The notes under the pieces are model-generated. The model did not search any database. It saw nothing but the letters and a program-made list of their open reading frames with translations, and was not told where the DNA came from. Made by a program: the position numbers and the translations under genes. Below are positions 52,104-64,000 of a DNA stretch of 64,000 nucleotides, piece by piece (within the stretch, counting starts at the first letter, position 1; each line of letters begins with the position of its first letter). The stretch comes from Chiloscyllium plagiosum (taxonomy: Eukaryota): positions 25,214,812 through 25,278,811 of the forward strand of contig NC_057733.1 in NCBI RefSeq assembly GCF_004010195.1, in the 5' to 3' direction.

Positions 52104-52424
52104 CTTCAACTAAACTTAGTTAACCAATAAAAAAGGAGAACCAATTACAAATGTTTCATTGAGTGAGAGTGGAGTTTTATTACTAATTAAACCCTAGAAT
52201 CATAAGAAACAGTGACATTAACCACACACAAACACAGTTTTGCAGAGAAGGTGGGGGCGGGGGGGAGGTTGGTAGAAGATATATTTTAAAAAGGAGAAAT
52301 ACAGACTTAAAATTGCTGCTGTGATCACCTGTCTGGGAACCAAGATTACAAAGGCAGAAATAAACAAGGACCTGCCTGACTCAAAATTAATATTGTAAAA
52401 GGGAACTGAATTTATTGGCTCTTG

Positions 52425-52800
52425 TAGTACATGATTGAGGTGTATACGATTATGAGGGATATGGACAGGGTGAATAGAGAGCAGCTATTCCCCTTGGTTG
52501 TGGAGTCAATCATGAGAGGGCATAGTTTTAGGGTAAGGGGCAGGAAAGTCAGAGGGGATTTAGGAAAAAAAACTTTTCTCTCAGATTGTGGTGGGAATCT
52601 GAAATGGAGAGCCTGGGAAGGTAGTGGTGGCCAGAAACCTTGCAACCTTTAAAAAATATTTGGATGAGCATTTCAAATGTCATAACATTCAAGGATTCAG
52701 GGCAAATGCAGGAAATTGGGATTAGAGCATTTTTAAAGGTGCAGACTCAATGAGCCTGAGGGCCTTTTCTGCGCTGTATAAACCTATGAATCTATGGAAG
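52425..52800 (+). mobile_element. CR1 LINE 3' fragment
   Basis: MIEVYTIMRDMDRVNREQLFP motif and CTATGAATCTATG tail. Confidence 0.85.
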
Positions 52801-53269
52801 GGAGTCTGGTTCATACAAGAAGGTAAAGACAATTGCAGCTTAAGGTTCTTCAAGTGTTTAAGTTGTAAGATTGAAATCTGTGTCTCAACTGTTTAGCTGT
52901 TATCCTGTTTCCTCAGCAGTGGTAAAGTTTATTACATCCTTGCGTTCTCGATGAAAAGCTTTTAAGTTGCATTTGAACAGGCATTGACATTTTAAGTCCT
53001 GCTCTTGCTTACACATGTTTCTTTTCCCCCTTTTCTCTGTTATGCTGCAGAGAAATAGCTGCTATTCCTGAGTTTGTTTATGTTTTTTTTTCCCAAACTG
53101 GTTATTCCACAGTCAATCTTTTATCTTAACGGTGTAACGTCTGGAAAGGCTATTTTTTGTCCTTTATGAAATCATCTTTAGCTCATGAAAAACAAATTAT
53201 TAAAGATATTGCAATCATAAAATTCAGTGAGCAAGTACTTAGTGTGTTAATACTTTCTTTTCTTGTCAC

Positions 53270-53505
53270 CACGCTGCTTGCTTTGATGCACATGAGAAAT
53301 CCCATGGTACTATTCCAAAGAAGGGTGGGGAATTAGCCTGAGCGTCCTGCCCTTTAATTATCATCCACTAAAATCATGAGAAAAGGTTTTTTAGTTATCA
53401 TCATCTTGCTCCTTGTGAGAATTTCCTGTCCATACTTTGGCTGCTTGCCTCCTACATTACAACAGTGGCTACATTTCAAAAAGTATTTTATTGGCTAAAA
53501 GGTTG
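53270..53505 (+). mobile_element. DeuSINE (SacSINE1/AmnSINE1-like) relic
   Basis: Deu-domain-like blocks ATCCCATGGTACTATT and CCTACATTACAACAGTGGCTACA, recognised from memory of the consensus. Confidence 0.6.
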
Positions 53506-54779
53506 TAATAGAGTTATCAGGCATGTTTTCCCCTTTCATGAATTCAGGCTGACTCTGCTTGATTGTCTTCTGTATTTCTAAATGCTCTGCTATTACATCC
53601 TTTACAATAAACTTTAACATTTTCCTTTAACATGGGTTAAACTAATCCATTTTTATCTCCTTCTCTTTTTAAATAAAGGTGGTACATTGGCAATTTTCCA
53701 ATCCCTTGTCACTTTTCTATAATCTAAAGAATACTTTTAGGGCATCCACTATCTCCAGCTACTTCCCTTTAGATTCTAGAATGCAACCTATCAGGTCCAG
53801 GGGACTTAACACCCTTTGGTCCAATTATTTCCCAAGGTACGTTTTCTCCTGTGATAGTTATTGCATATATTTCCTCTTCATCTTTTCCCTTTGATTATTA
53901 ATATTTTTGAAACACTATTTGTGCTCTTACTCATGAATATTTATGCAAAGTATCAATTCTTCACCCATTTCTTGGTTCCCTATTATTTCATCTGCCTCAA
54001 TCTCTAAGGGGCCTGTGTTCACTTTGACCTCTTTCTTCCTTCTTATACCTTTAAAGTAGCTCTTACCTTACTATCCTTATATTTCCAATCCTTTTACTGA
54101 CTGTATGACACACTGTATGTTTTTTCTTTCAATTTGATAATAACCTTAACTTCCTTGGTTAACCATGATTGGTTAATCTTTTTCATAGAATCCTTCTTCT
54201 TCACTGTACATACCTTTGTTAAGGGTCTCAGAATTGTTTTAAGTTTCTACCATTGTTCACCAACCTTCTTTTCAGCAGAAAGGAGAAAATGTGATCCATT
54301 GGCACAGGTCAAGCCAAACCAGGATTGCAAGCTCTGAAAATGGTCGAAAGCTCCTGCCATAAAAAAGCAAAGGTAGGGGAGAGGTAGAGTAAAGAAAGGT
54401 GGGTAGGGGGAGGCATAATGCAAGCAAGTATGTCAGTATTCCAAGATTAAAATGGTTCTGCTAAAACCTCCCGAAGGGCAGCGAACTATTGCGGGTAGAA
54501 ATGTTCACTGAATTGTGTTGTGCATTCCAGCCAGTGTGCCCAGTATTCATGCTCCTGAAAGTTTTGTTGCAAGGAATGCCCTCTGATGTCACACAAGGTG
54601 GAGATTTCCAGGGGATGCAGTACACTAGCTGGACTGAGCAGGCCTGTCCAGCAAACCACAAGAAGAATTACAACTGTGTACGTCAAATTACTGCCTTCGA
54701 AGATCTGCTTAAACTGATAGCATCATGGCACTGATCATTCTTCTGGTCACCTTGCTGCTGGTCAGGAGCCACTTGCAGT

Positions 54780-55350
54780 CATCCGGTCTATAGAGGCACA
54801 GCATCTAGTGCAACAGAGACCATGCTGCTGATGAACATAAGCTAGCAACTGCAGTCAATCTGTAGACATCACAGTGGCTGTCTATTGCTGACAGGGTGAC
54901 TGTGCCAAAGATGCGTCAGGGTGTCTTGGGACATTGCTTTCTACATCTGATGGGCAATCATTTCATTAAAGATTGGAGGTAAATTCCACGCCAGTTTTCT
55001 GGAAGGTAATGTTTACCTGTGGGGATGTTTCAGTGAGACAATAGGAATCTCTGTGGATTTTCACAGGTGGAGATGACTGCTCATCTTTTCACTAAAGGGT
55101 TCCAGTCTGTGCACTTCCCCCACGATGAGGGAGTCAGGTGGCCAGGAGAGTTGGATTTGTTGCTGATAGTTGTACGTTTTTCACAGGTTGCAGGTGTTAG
55201 CAATGGCACCCATATCGTGACCAGGAGTGTGTAAACCAACAACCAATTGTGTTTGCCAATTAGAAACGGTTCCATTCCCATAGTGCGCAAATCATCGGTG
55301 AGCACACCAACCAAATACAAGTCTGGTAATATCCAGGGAACCCCTGCCCA
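54780..55350 (+). pseudogene. PIF/Harbinger transposase relic
   Basis: Frameshifted NLCGFSQ...FSQVAGVSNGTHI...VFAN*KRFHS...YPG corresponds to the Harbinger DDE motifs GxIDGTH, NRKGFHS and YPGS. Confidence 0.7.
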
Positions 55351-56779
55351 TCATTGAATTAAGGATTGGTGCTGGAGACAAGGGATATCCCCTCAAAACT
55401 TTGTTTATGACTCCTCCAGACTATCCAGACTAACACTAAGGAGATGTAAAATGCTGCCTGAGTGAAATAACTTAACCAGAATCACTGCTGCAAACTCTGG
55501 TCCTAACTTGATACCAGTTATTCTACCATGGTCAGTTTCAATATAAATCTGCTTAAGGAATCCTGTACTTAAAAAGGAAAATGGGGAAGAGGAAAGGTTC
55601 AGCAACTGAAATGAAAAGCAAAACATAAAAACGTTATCCACCTCTGACCATTATTGGCAAAGCCAGTATTTATAGTTGATACTGATTTGCTGATGGTCCT
55701 TTTATTGCAGTTTAATACAATAGTGTGGTTTGGTAGACAAATTCAGAGAGCGCCTCATTGGAGTGAGGCTGGAGTCATATATAGATTAATACTAACTAAT
55801 GGAACATTGTTTTCCTTACATAAAGGTAATCCATGAAGCAGTTTGGTTTTAATGAAGATATTCTAAAAGGGAGCAAAGCTTACATTCTTACATTTTTAAC
55901 TGAATTGAAACACACACACTATAGTGGTAGACGTTCAACACATTGACTTCAGAATTACTTCAGCAGTTTCATAATGGAAGCCTTTTAACACTGATTTCTC
56001 CTAGTCAAGTGAAAGGACCAAGATCTTACATACAAAATACATAATTGCACTTATTTTGTTTATAAAATAATTCTTGCTTGGAACAAATAATTTGGATGAA
56101 GAAGTTGGAAAAATACTTTAAAAAGATGACTATTGCTTACAATTCTCAAAATTATTATAGAAAGATGACGGTTTTTCTTAAATATGGTTAGTAATTTTGA
56201 AATTATAAGAAGCCAGCAACTTCAAATTTTCACAGCTGGATATGTTAGTTCAAATCAAAGTTTAAGTACCAGAAAAAAATGTTATTATTTTATTGTTTGC
56301 AATTCAGGAGCTTCAGTTCCTGTCCAAAGTCATACTCCTGATTGACCTACAGTGTTGTGTTAAACTCTTCACTGTTTATTTTTATAATGAGCAAATCTCA
56401 CTAATGAGTTGTCATAATATCACAGCATACATCAGACTCCCAAACAGAACCCTGAATACTGCTGAACTTGGTACCCTGTTTTACAATTGGAATGATAAGA
56501 GCAATATGGGATATCATTATACTCTCTAAAAGGAGAAGAAAACCAGATTTAATTGTGCTTTGAAAATCTGTTTCCTGCAGATTTATTACAAAAATATTCC
56601 ACAAAAGGTTTTTTGTGTTGAATGTACTTCTTGTTCCGTTAAAACAGGAAATGTGGTTGCAGCCAACTTCATTGGAAACCTGGGTTTAAGAAAGAATTTC
56701 CTGTATTTTCAAAAATGCTGTAATGGACAATTATATTTAAATCTTTGTAGTGTTGATAAATTTACTGTAAAACAATTCC

Positions 56780-57030
56780 TATCAGAAAGATGTTGTGAAA
56801 CTTGAAACGGTTCAGAAAAGATTTACAACGGTGTTGCAAGGGTCGACGGATTTGAGCTATAGGGAGAGGCTGAACAGACTGGGGCTTTTTCCCTTGGAGC
56901 GTCAGACGCTGAGGGGTGACCTTATAGAGGTTTACAAAATTATGGGGGGCATGGATAGGATGTCTAGTTGGCATGGACGGGTGGGACCGAAGGGTCTGTT
57001 TCTTTGCTGTACATCTTTATGACTCCATAA
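56780..57030 (+). mobile_element. CR1/HER1 3' fragment
   Basis: RERLNRLGLFPLERQTLRGDLIEVYKIM. Confidence 0.9.
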
Positions 57031-58371
57031 TTTGTTGATTCTGTAACATGTTGCCTTCCTACTTTGTTCTAAGAGTTGAAGTCATTTTATACGAATGAAT
57101 AAGTGCAGAATTTGGTTTTGTTACCTGCTTTGACTGAAATGCTGAATTTTGCTTTTTGTTGGATAACATAAGTAAATCCATTTTTTAAATATATTTTTAA
57201 CTTAATTTTGTTTGAATACCTAATATACAAAGATGGTATAGGTTGGTGCATTACTTTTCAAATATTTATTTGATTTGATTATTGTCACATGTACCTAGAA
57301 ACAGTGAAAAGTTTTGTTTTGCATGCAGTAGAGGCAGATTATTCCATACAAAGTGCATGAGGATAATAGAACAAAACAAGTATTACAATGTTATAGTTGC
57401 AAAAAAGATGCACAAAGAGTGAGATCAATATTAAATTTAAAATTTGAGAGGTCCATTCACAAGTCTAATAACAGGGGGTAAAAGCTGTTCTTCAAGATAT
57501 TGGTATGTGTGTTTAAGCATTTGTATCTTCCGCTCAACAAAAGACATTGGATAAGATTCTAATCGGGGTGGGAGGGGTCTTTGATTATGTTGGCTGCCTT
57601 CCCGGGGCAGTGAGAAATATAGATGGAGTCAATGAGGTTGGCTTGTGTGATGGACTGGTCTGTGTTCACATCTCTTTATATTTTTCTTACAGGCAGAGCA
57701 GTTGTCATTCCAAATTTTGAGATTAATTAGTCTGATCATATCAAGTAAAAGCTCTCTAACCATAACTCTTTTACGTGCACATTTGCATGACTCCATGCCT
57801 TTGGAGCTTTTTTCCTTAGTGCACACCCTTGGGTAGCTAATTTTGTAATAACATTGCTTGTATGCTGTTAATGGCCTTCATGTGAACACGTGCCAAGTTT
57901 TCCACTTGAGAAAACAAAACATTTTTTGCTCTGCTGATGTTTCTTTGATACAGTAAATTTCCAACAAACTGTGAATATGAGTAGGTTATTTAGCATTGCA
58001 AATTTTAATAACTAAACCTGACCCTGCTGATGTCAGCAAGCCATCGCTAAGTCTGTAATTTCCTTAGTACACCTTGTAGTCAGCATTTGATTAGCTTGCT
58101 CTTGAGGCTTCCACTATTTTCCACCACTGAATTGTCTAAATGCCTCCTATTTCAGGTAGCAGGCCTCCTTCAGCATACTGTCATTTTATTGAAACGGTTT
58201 GGACATGTTATGACACACTTCTGAACAGATGGACCTTGAACCCAGACTTTCTGGCTTCACGGAGGGGGCATACTACCATAGAACCACAAGATCCTTGACC
58301 TTAAATAGATATCTTAGGGTCCAATGAAAGGCATAAAACGTCCAGTGCTATTTGAAGTTAGAACTACTTGA

Positions 58372-61300
58372 ACATAGATCATAGAACATTACAGCGCAGT
58401 ACAGGCCCTTTGGCCTTCGATGATGCGCCGAACTGTCATACCAATCTGAAGCCCATCTAACCTACACTATTCCATGTAAGTCCACATGCTTGTCCAATGA
58501 TGACTTAAATGTACTTAAAGTTGGCAAATCTACTACTGTTGCAGGCAAAGCATTCCATGCCATTACTACTCTCTGAGTAAAGAAAATACCTCTGACATCT
58601 GTCCTATATCTATCACCCCTCAATTTAAAGCTATGTCCCCTTTTGCTCGCCGTCACCATACTTGGAAAAAGACTCTCCCTGTCCACCCTATCTAACCCTC
58701 TGATTATCTTATATGTCTCTATTAAGTCACCTCTCAACCTTCTTCTCTCTAACGAAAACAGCCTCAAGTCCCTCAGCCTTTCCTCATAAGACCATCCCTC
58801 CATACCAGGCAACATCCCAGTAAATCTCCTCTGAACCCTTTCCAAAGCTTCCACATCCTCCTTATAATGCGGTGACCAGAACTGTACACAATACTTCAAG
58901 TGCAGCCATGCCAGAGTTTTGTACAGCTGCAGCATAACCTCATGGTTCCAGAGCTCGATCCTCTATTAATAAAAGTTAAAACACTGTATGCCTTCTTAAC
59001 AACCTTGTCAATCTGGGTGGCAACTTTCAAGGATCTGTGTACATGGACACCGAGATCTCTCTGCTCATCTACACTACCAAGAATCTTACCATTAGCCCAG
59101 TACTTTGCATTCTGGTTAGTCCGACCAAAGTGAATCACCTCACACTTGTCTGCATTAAACTCTATTTACCACCTCTCAACCCAGCTCTGCAGCTTATCTA
59201 TGTCTCTCTGTAACCAGAACATCCTTCGTCACTATCCACAACTCCGCCGACCTTAGTAGCGTCAGCAAATTTACTAACCCACCCTTCTATGCCCTCATCC
59301 AGGTCGTTTATGAAAATGACGAACAGCAGTGGACCCAAAACTGACTCTTGTGGTACACCACTAGTAACTGGACTCCAGGATGAACATTTCCCATCAACCA
59401 CCATCCTCTGTCTTCTTTAAGCAAGCTAATTACTGATCCAAACTGCTACATCTCCCACAATCCCATTCCTCCGCATTTTGTACAATAGCCTACTGTGGGG
59501 AACCTTATCAAATGCCTTGCTGAAATCCACATACACTCATTATCAACCGGTTTACTCTCATATACCTGTTTGGTCACCTTGTCAAAGAACTCAATAAGGT
59601 TTGTGAGGCATGACCTACCCTAGATAAAAATGTGCTGACTATCCCTAATCAAATTATTCTTTTCTAGATGATTATAATCCTATCTCTTAAAACCTTTTCC
59701 AACACTTTACCAACAACTGAAGTAAGGCTCACTGGTCTATAATTACCAGGGTTGTCTCTACTCCCCTTCTTAAACAGGGGAACTACATTTGCTATCGTCC
59801 AGTCTTCTGGCACTATTCCTGTAGACAATGATGATTTAAAGATCAATGCCAAAGGCTCGGCAATCTCTTCCCTGGCTTCCCAGAGGATGCTAGGATAAAT
59901 CCCATCCGGCCCAGAGGACATATCTATTTTCACACTCTGCAGGATTTCTAATACCTCTTCCTTGTGAACCTCAATCCCACCTAGTCCAGTAGCCTATATT
60001 TCAGTATTCTCCTCAACCTGGCTCTTCTGAGCTCTTTAGGTCTTTCCTGGCTACCTTGTAACCCTCAAGCACCCTAACTGAGCCTTCATATCTCATCCTA
60101 ACATAAGTCTTCTTCTTCCTCTTGACCAGAGTTTCCACTTCCTTCGTAACTATGGCTCCCGCGCTCTACAGCTTCCTCCCTGCCTGACAGGTATATACTT
60201 ATCTAGGACACACAGGAGCTTTTCCTTGAATAAGCTCCACATTTCTAATGTGCCCATCGCCTGCAGTTTCCTTCCCCATCCTATGCTTCCTAAATTTTGC
60301 CTAATCACATCGTAATTGCCTTTCCCCCAGCTGTAACTCTAGCCTAGTGGTATATACCTATCCCTTTCTATCACTAAAGTAAACATAACAGAATTGTGAT
60401 TGCTATCGCCAAAGTCCTCACCTACTTCCAAGTCTAACACCTGGCCGGGCTCATTACCCAGCACCAAAGCTAATGTGGCTTCGCCCCTTGTTGGCCTGTC
60501 TACATACTGTGTCAGGAAGCCCTCCTGCACACACTGGACAAAAACTGACCCATCTATAGTACTCGTACTATAGTGTTCCCAGTCAATATTTGGAAAGTTG
60601 AAGTCCCCCAATGACAACTACCCTGTCTCCCTCACTCCTATCGAGAATCATCTTTGCTATCCTTTCCTCTACATCTCTGGAACTATTCGGAGGACTATAG
60701 AAAACTCCTAACAGGGTGACCTCTCCTTTCCTGTTTCTAACCTCAGCCCAAGGGTGACCTCTCCTTTCCTGTTTCTAACCTCAGCCCATACTACCTCAGT
60801 TGACGAGTCCCCAACATCCTTTCTGCAACTGTAATACTGTCCTTGACCAACAATCCCACACCTCCCCCTCTTTTACCATGTTCTATGTTCTTACTGAAAC
60901 ATCTAAATCCTGGAACCTGCAACAACCATTCCTGTCCCTGCTCTATCCATGTCTCGGAAATGGCCACAACATCGAAGTCCCAGGTACCAGCCCATGCTGC
61001 AAGTTCACCCACCTTATTCCGGATGCTCCTGGTGTTGAAGTAGGCACACTTCAAACCAACTTCTTGCTTCCCGGTGCCATCTTGCTCCAGTTCCCTAACG
61101 TGGTTTTTGAGGAGCTGGAGTTGGGTGCACTTCCCGCAGATGCAGTCAGCAGGGACACTAGTGGTGACCCTTACCTCCCACATTCGGCAGGAGGAACATT
61201 CAACTGCCCTAACCTCCATTCCCACTAATCTAAATTCCCAAAGAGACTGTTGAAAAATAAGGAATAAAAAATAAACTCGTTACCTTACCAATGTGGTGCA

Positions 61301-61530
61301 CAGAACCATTTTTTTGGTTAGAGGAGGAGAATGGGTGGGAGACACTACCCGAGGAGTGTTTTGGGTAACGCAACCACACAAATATATGATTTCCCAGAAT
61401 TCCTTCACTCGTCCCTTGCACCTCTCGGCAAATGCAGGCCCCAACGCCTGAAGTAAGGTTTTTAAACAGTTAGACTCACCTTCCCAGAAGTCCTTCGCTC
61501 CTCCCTCACACCTTTCAGCAAATGAACTTA
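58372..61530 (-). mobile_element. Long, internally deleted CR1 LINE (5' UTR, ORF1 zinc finger, endonuclease, RT, 3' tail)
   Basis: CSSC...CGKC ORF1 motif, ISETW and LGDFNFP endonuclease motifs, GVPQES and KFADATK RT motifs. Confidence 0.93.
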
Positions 61531-62550
61531 TGCATGTACGTTTAATTGCTGAAAAGCTCTGAGAAAGATAAATTGTGAATGAACTTTTGCAAGATTGCTC
61601 CCTAGAATCCATGGTCCTTATACGTAGTTTTGATTTCTCACTCACCTCGGCTCACTTTGGCTGCTGGGCAGGTCACATGATATTATACTTGTCCAAGTTC
61701 AGAAATAATTGTCTGAAGAGAAAAAAGAAATCCAATGATACAGTCAAAGTAATGGACTGGATTATTTTCTAAATTAATTCTGTGGAGAGTCAGCATGGAC
61801 ATGAGGGACAAGTGGCTTTTTTTTTGCGCTGTAACCATTCTTTGATTCCAGGAGCAGCCGACTCATCATTGTTCCTCTTTCAATCAGTGCTCTTGCTTCC
61901 TGTTAGCTCCAACCTCTTCATTGTCAGAGCAGATGCCCCGGTTGCCAGCTGAACTGTTTAATAGTTTAAGTCTATTCCTCCCAAAATATTCTCTGTAAAA
62001 TTGGCAATGAAAGATAATTTTAGCCATGTGGAAAGCTTCAATAGTATGATCTGTTTTCTTTGGAGCAGTGAAGGATGAGGAGAGATTCAATTGATCTGTA
62101 CAAAGTTGTGGAGGGGGTGGGGGGAGTGGGGCAGGGTAAAGTGCATAGGAATGATCTATTTCACTTAGTAGTGATGCCAATAATTAGAGGCATAGGTCTC
62201 ATGTAATTTACAAAAGATTATGGGGAGTTGATGAGAATTTATTTTATACTGGCAATGCTGGAGGTTTGCTGCCTGAAAAGATGATAGAGGCAGAAAGCGT
62301 CAATTTCCCCTCCTGTCCCATGTTGATTATCAATGTAAATAATTACCTTTCCCTTAGCTATTATTTATTTGAGTTTTAGTTCAGTCACTCACACTCTCTA
62401 TGCTTTGCTACTCAACCATCATCAACACTCAAATTCTCAAATTACTTATCCTTAGCCCACTCCATGCTTTGTAATTGTCCCTCAGCTCCATCTCCCTTAT
62501 TTGACCAAGAAGGGTAAATGCCATCAAGAGCCCCAAGTCTGTGTTTGATT

Positions 62551-63095
62551 TGTCACAAAGCTGGTTTCTTTTTTCTAAAAGCTGTTTCTTTTCTTGAGTA
62601 TACTATGCCCTTGGATTTTGTCAGAGGGCTAATAAATAGCTCTCGGTTCCGATTAGTTTGGTTTGGTACAAAGATTAAAGTGTACTGAGAAGCCGTTTTG
62701 TTTATATGTAAACAGATGAGACTTCAGGCCAAAGTGGTCATGTTTTAGAAGTGACCTGTATAATGAAATGAGAGTGGTCAGCTCTCTAGCTAAGCAGTTC
62801 AGTTCAGTCCAGAACTAGGTGGGAGTTCAACAGTAAGCTGTGTAGAAACAAACTTTCTCTCTTTCTATCCTTCTAGCTTCAACCTGTAAGCATCTGTTCC
62901 ATTTTTTAACTGTGTTTCAAGAGGGATTGCTTATTGGGACTGCTGTGTATATTCAGAACTTGGATAGACTGAGTTCTGTAGGGGTTCCTTATTCTGTTCT
63001 TTGTGTTTCATTGTGTAATTTTGTCAATAAATTTCTGTCTGTTTTAAAACCTAGTAGTCAATTTAGCTAGCTTACTCAGGGAAATTCTCACTTTT
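62551..63095 (+). mobile_element. LTR related to 24-691, truncated by a CR1 fragment
   Basis: Starts TGTCACAAAGCT; reverse complement of 24-691 over about 500 bp; AATAAA near 63026. Confidence 0.8.
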
Positions 63096-63096
63096 T

Positions 63097-63258
63097 GATT
63101 CATAGATTCATACAGAATGGAAACAGGCCCTTTGGTCCAACTCATCCATGCCAACACTAAACCCTTCCTATTCATATACCTATCCAGATGCCTTTTAACT
63201 GCTGCAATTGTCCCGGCCTCCTTTGGCAGCTCATTCCATACACATACTACCCTCTGCA
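63097..63258 (-). mobile_element. CR1 3' fragment
   Basis: VWNELPKEAGTI motif and tail. Confidence 0.8.
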
Positions 63259-64000
63259 ATTGTGGCTGTCCATTATCAAAATCTGTAGCTCTATTTGCAT
63301 AGTCATCAAGAATAACTGAAAATCTGCACCAACATTGATACACAAAGAGATCCAGGCAACCAATTCACCTGTGAGATAATATTTCAGTCTGCGTGAATGA
63401 GGAGGCACAGTTAGCTACAAACAGTGGCTGCAAAGGTTAGGGCATTGCATTTGAGTTGAGTTGCACAATGTGCAATATAATGAGGGATGTGATTAATGGT
63501 TGCAGCTACTGGTCAGTGAGAAAACAGTAAAAAGGAAAAGGGATGTTAAAAACAAAAATAATTATTGACAGACTGTGCATAAAATCTGTAATTCTCTGCT
63601 CCTAGTTCTTATTTTACAGTGTATTCATTGCTCAAAGGATTGAGGACTCTATGTTGACAGAGACATTTTCATTGAGTTTCATGGATCTAATGGGTTTTCT
63701 CACACAATGGTCTTAAGCTCCTTTCATTAACTACTCACCACACCCCTATGGTGACCCTCTTATCTGATACTAGCCCAACTCTCCCATTTACTGGAGCTGG
63801 AAGTATTCACCACTGCTGGAATATCTTGAGTTCACTCACTGCTGCACACCCAGACAAGTTCTGTCGGTCTCGAGCAGCCCTGCACAGTTCCTGACATTGC
63901 AGACAGGGCAGCTAAGGGGTAAATGGTGGCCCTGCAATATGGACAGGGTGGATCACAGGAGTAAACTCCTCTTCCGACAGAACACATAGAGGGAGCCACA

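Overview
Repeat-rich vertebrate genomic DNA, very likely from a shark or other elasmobranch (HE1-type tRNA SINEs, HER1/CR1 LINEs, Penelope elements, a DeuSINE relic). It includes a 358-N assembly gap at 39176-39533. Splice-site reading reveals two intact, same-strand, tandem type-I membrane immunoglobulin-superfamily genes with B7-family (leader/IgV/IgC/TM/cytoplasmic) architecture: gene A (CDS 12140-22855, 5 coding exons, about 290 aa) and gene B (CDS 31574-41507, 6 coding exons, about 292 aa). Both V domains lack the canonical F-strand cysteine but carry an A-strand cysteine. Both genes sit downstream of CpG-enriched regions with interferon/IRF-type motifs (ISRE and GAS for gene A; an exact AP-1-IRF composite for gene B). 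The predicted gene B tail carries an ITSM-like motif (TIYSAV) built across a splice junction whose NAGNAG acceptor could switch it off. The rest is transposon debris: fold-back Penelope insertions with hammerhead ribozyme cores, solo LTRs, a Harbinger relic, a 5'-inverted CR1 and a tRNA-headed LINE with a derived SINE. All gene models are inferred from sequence only.
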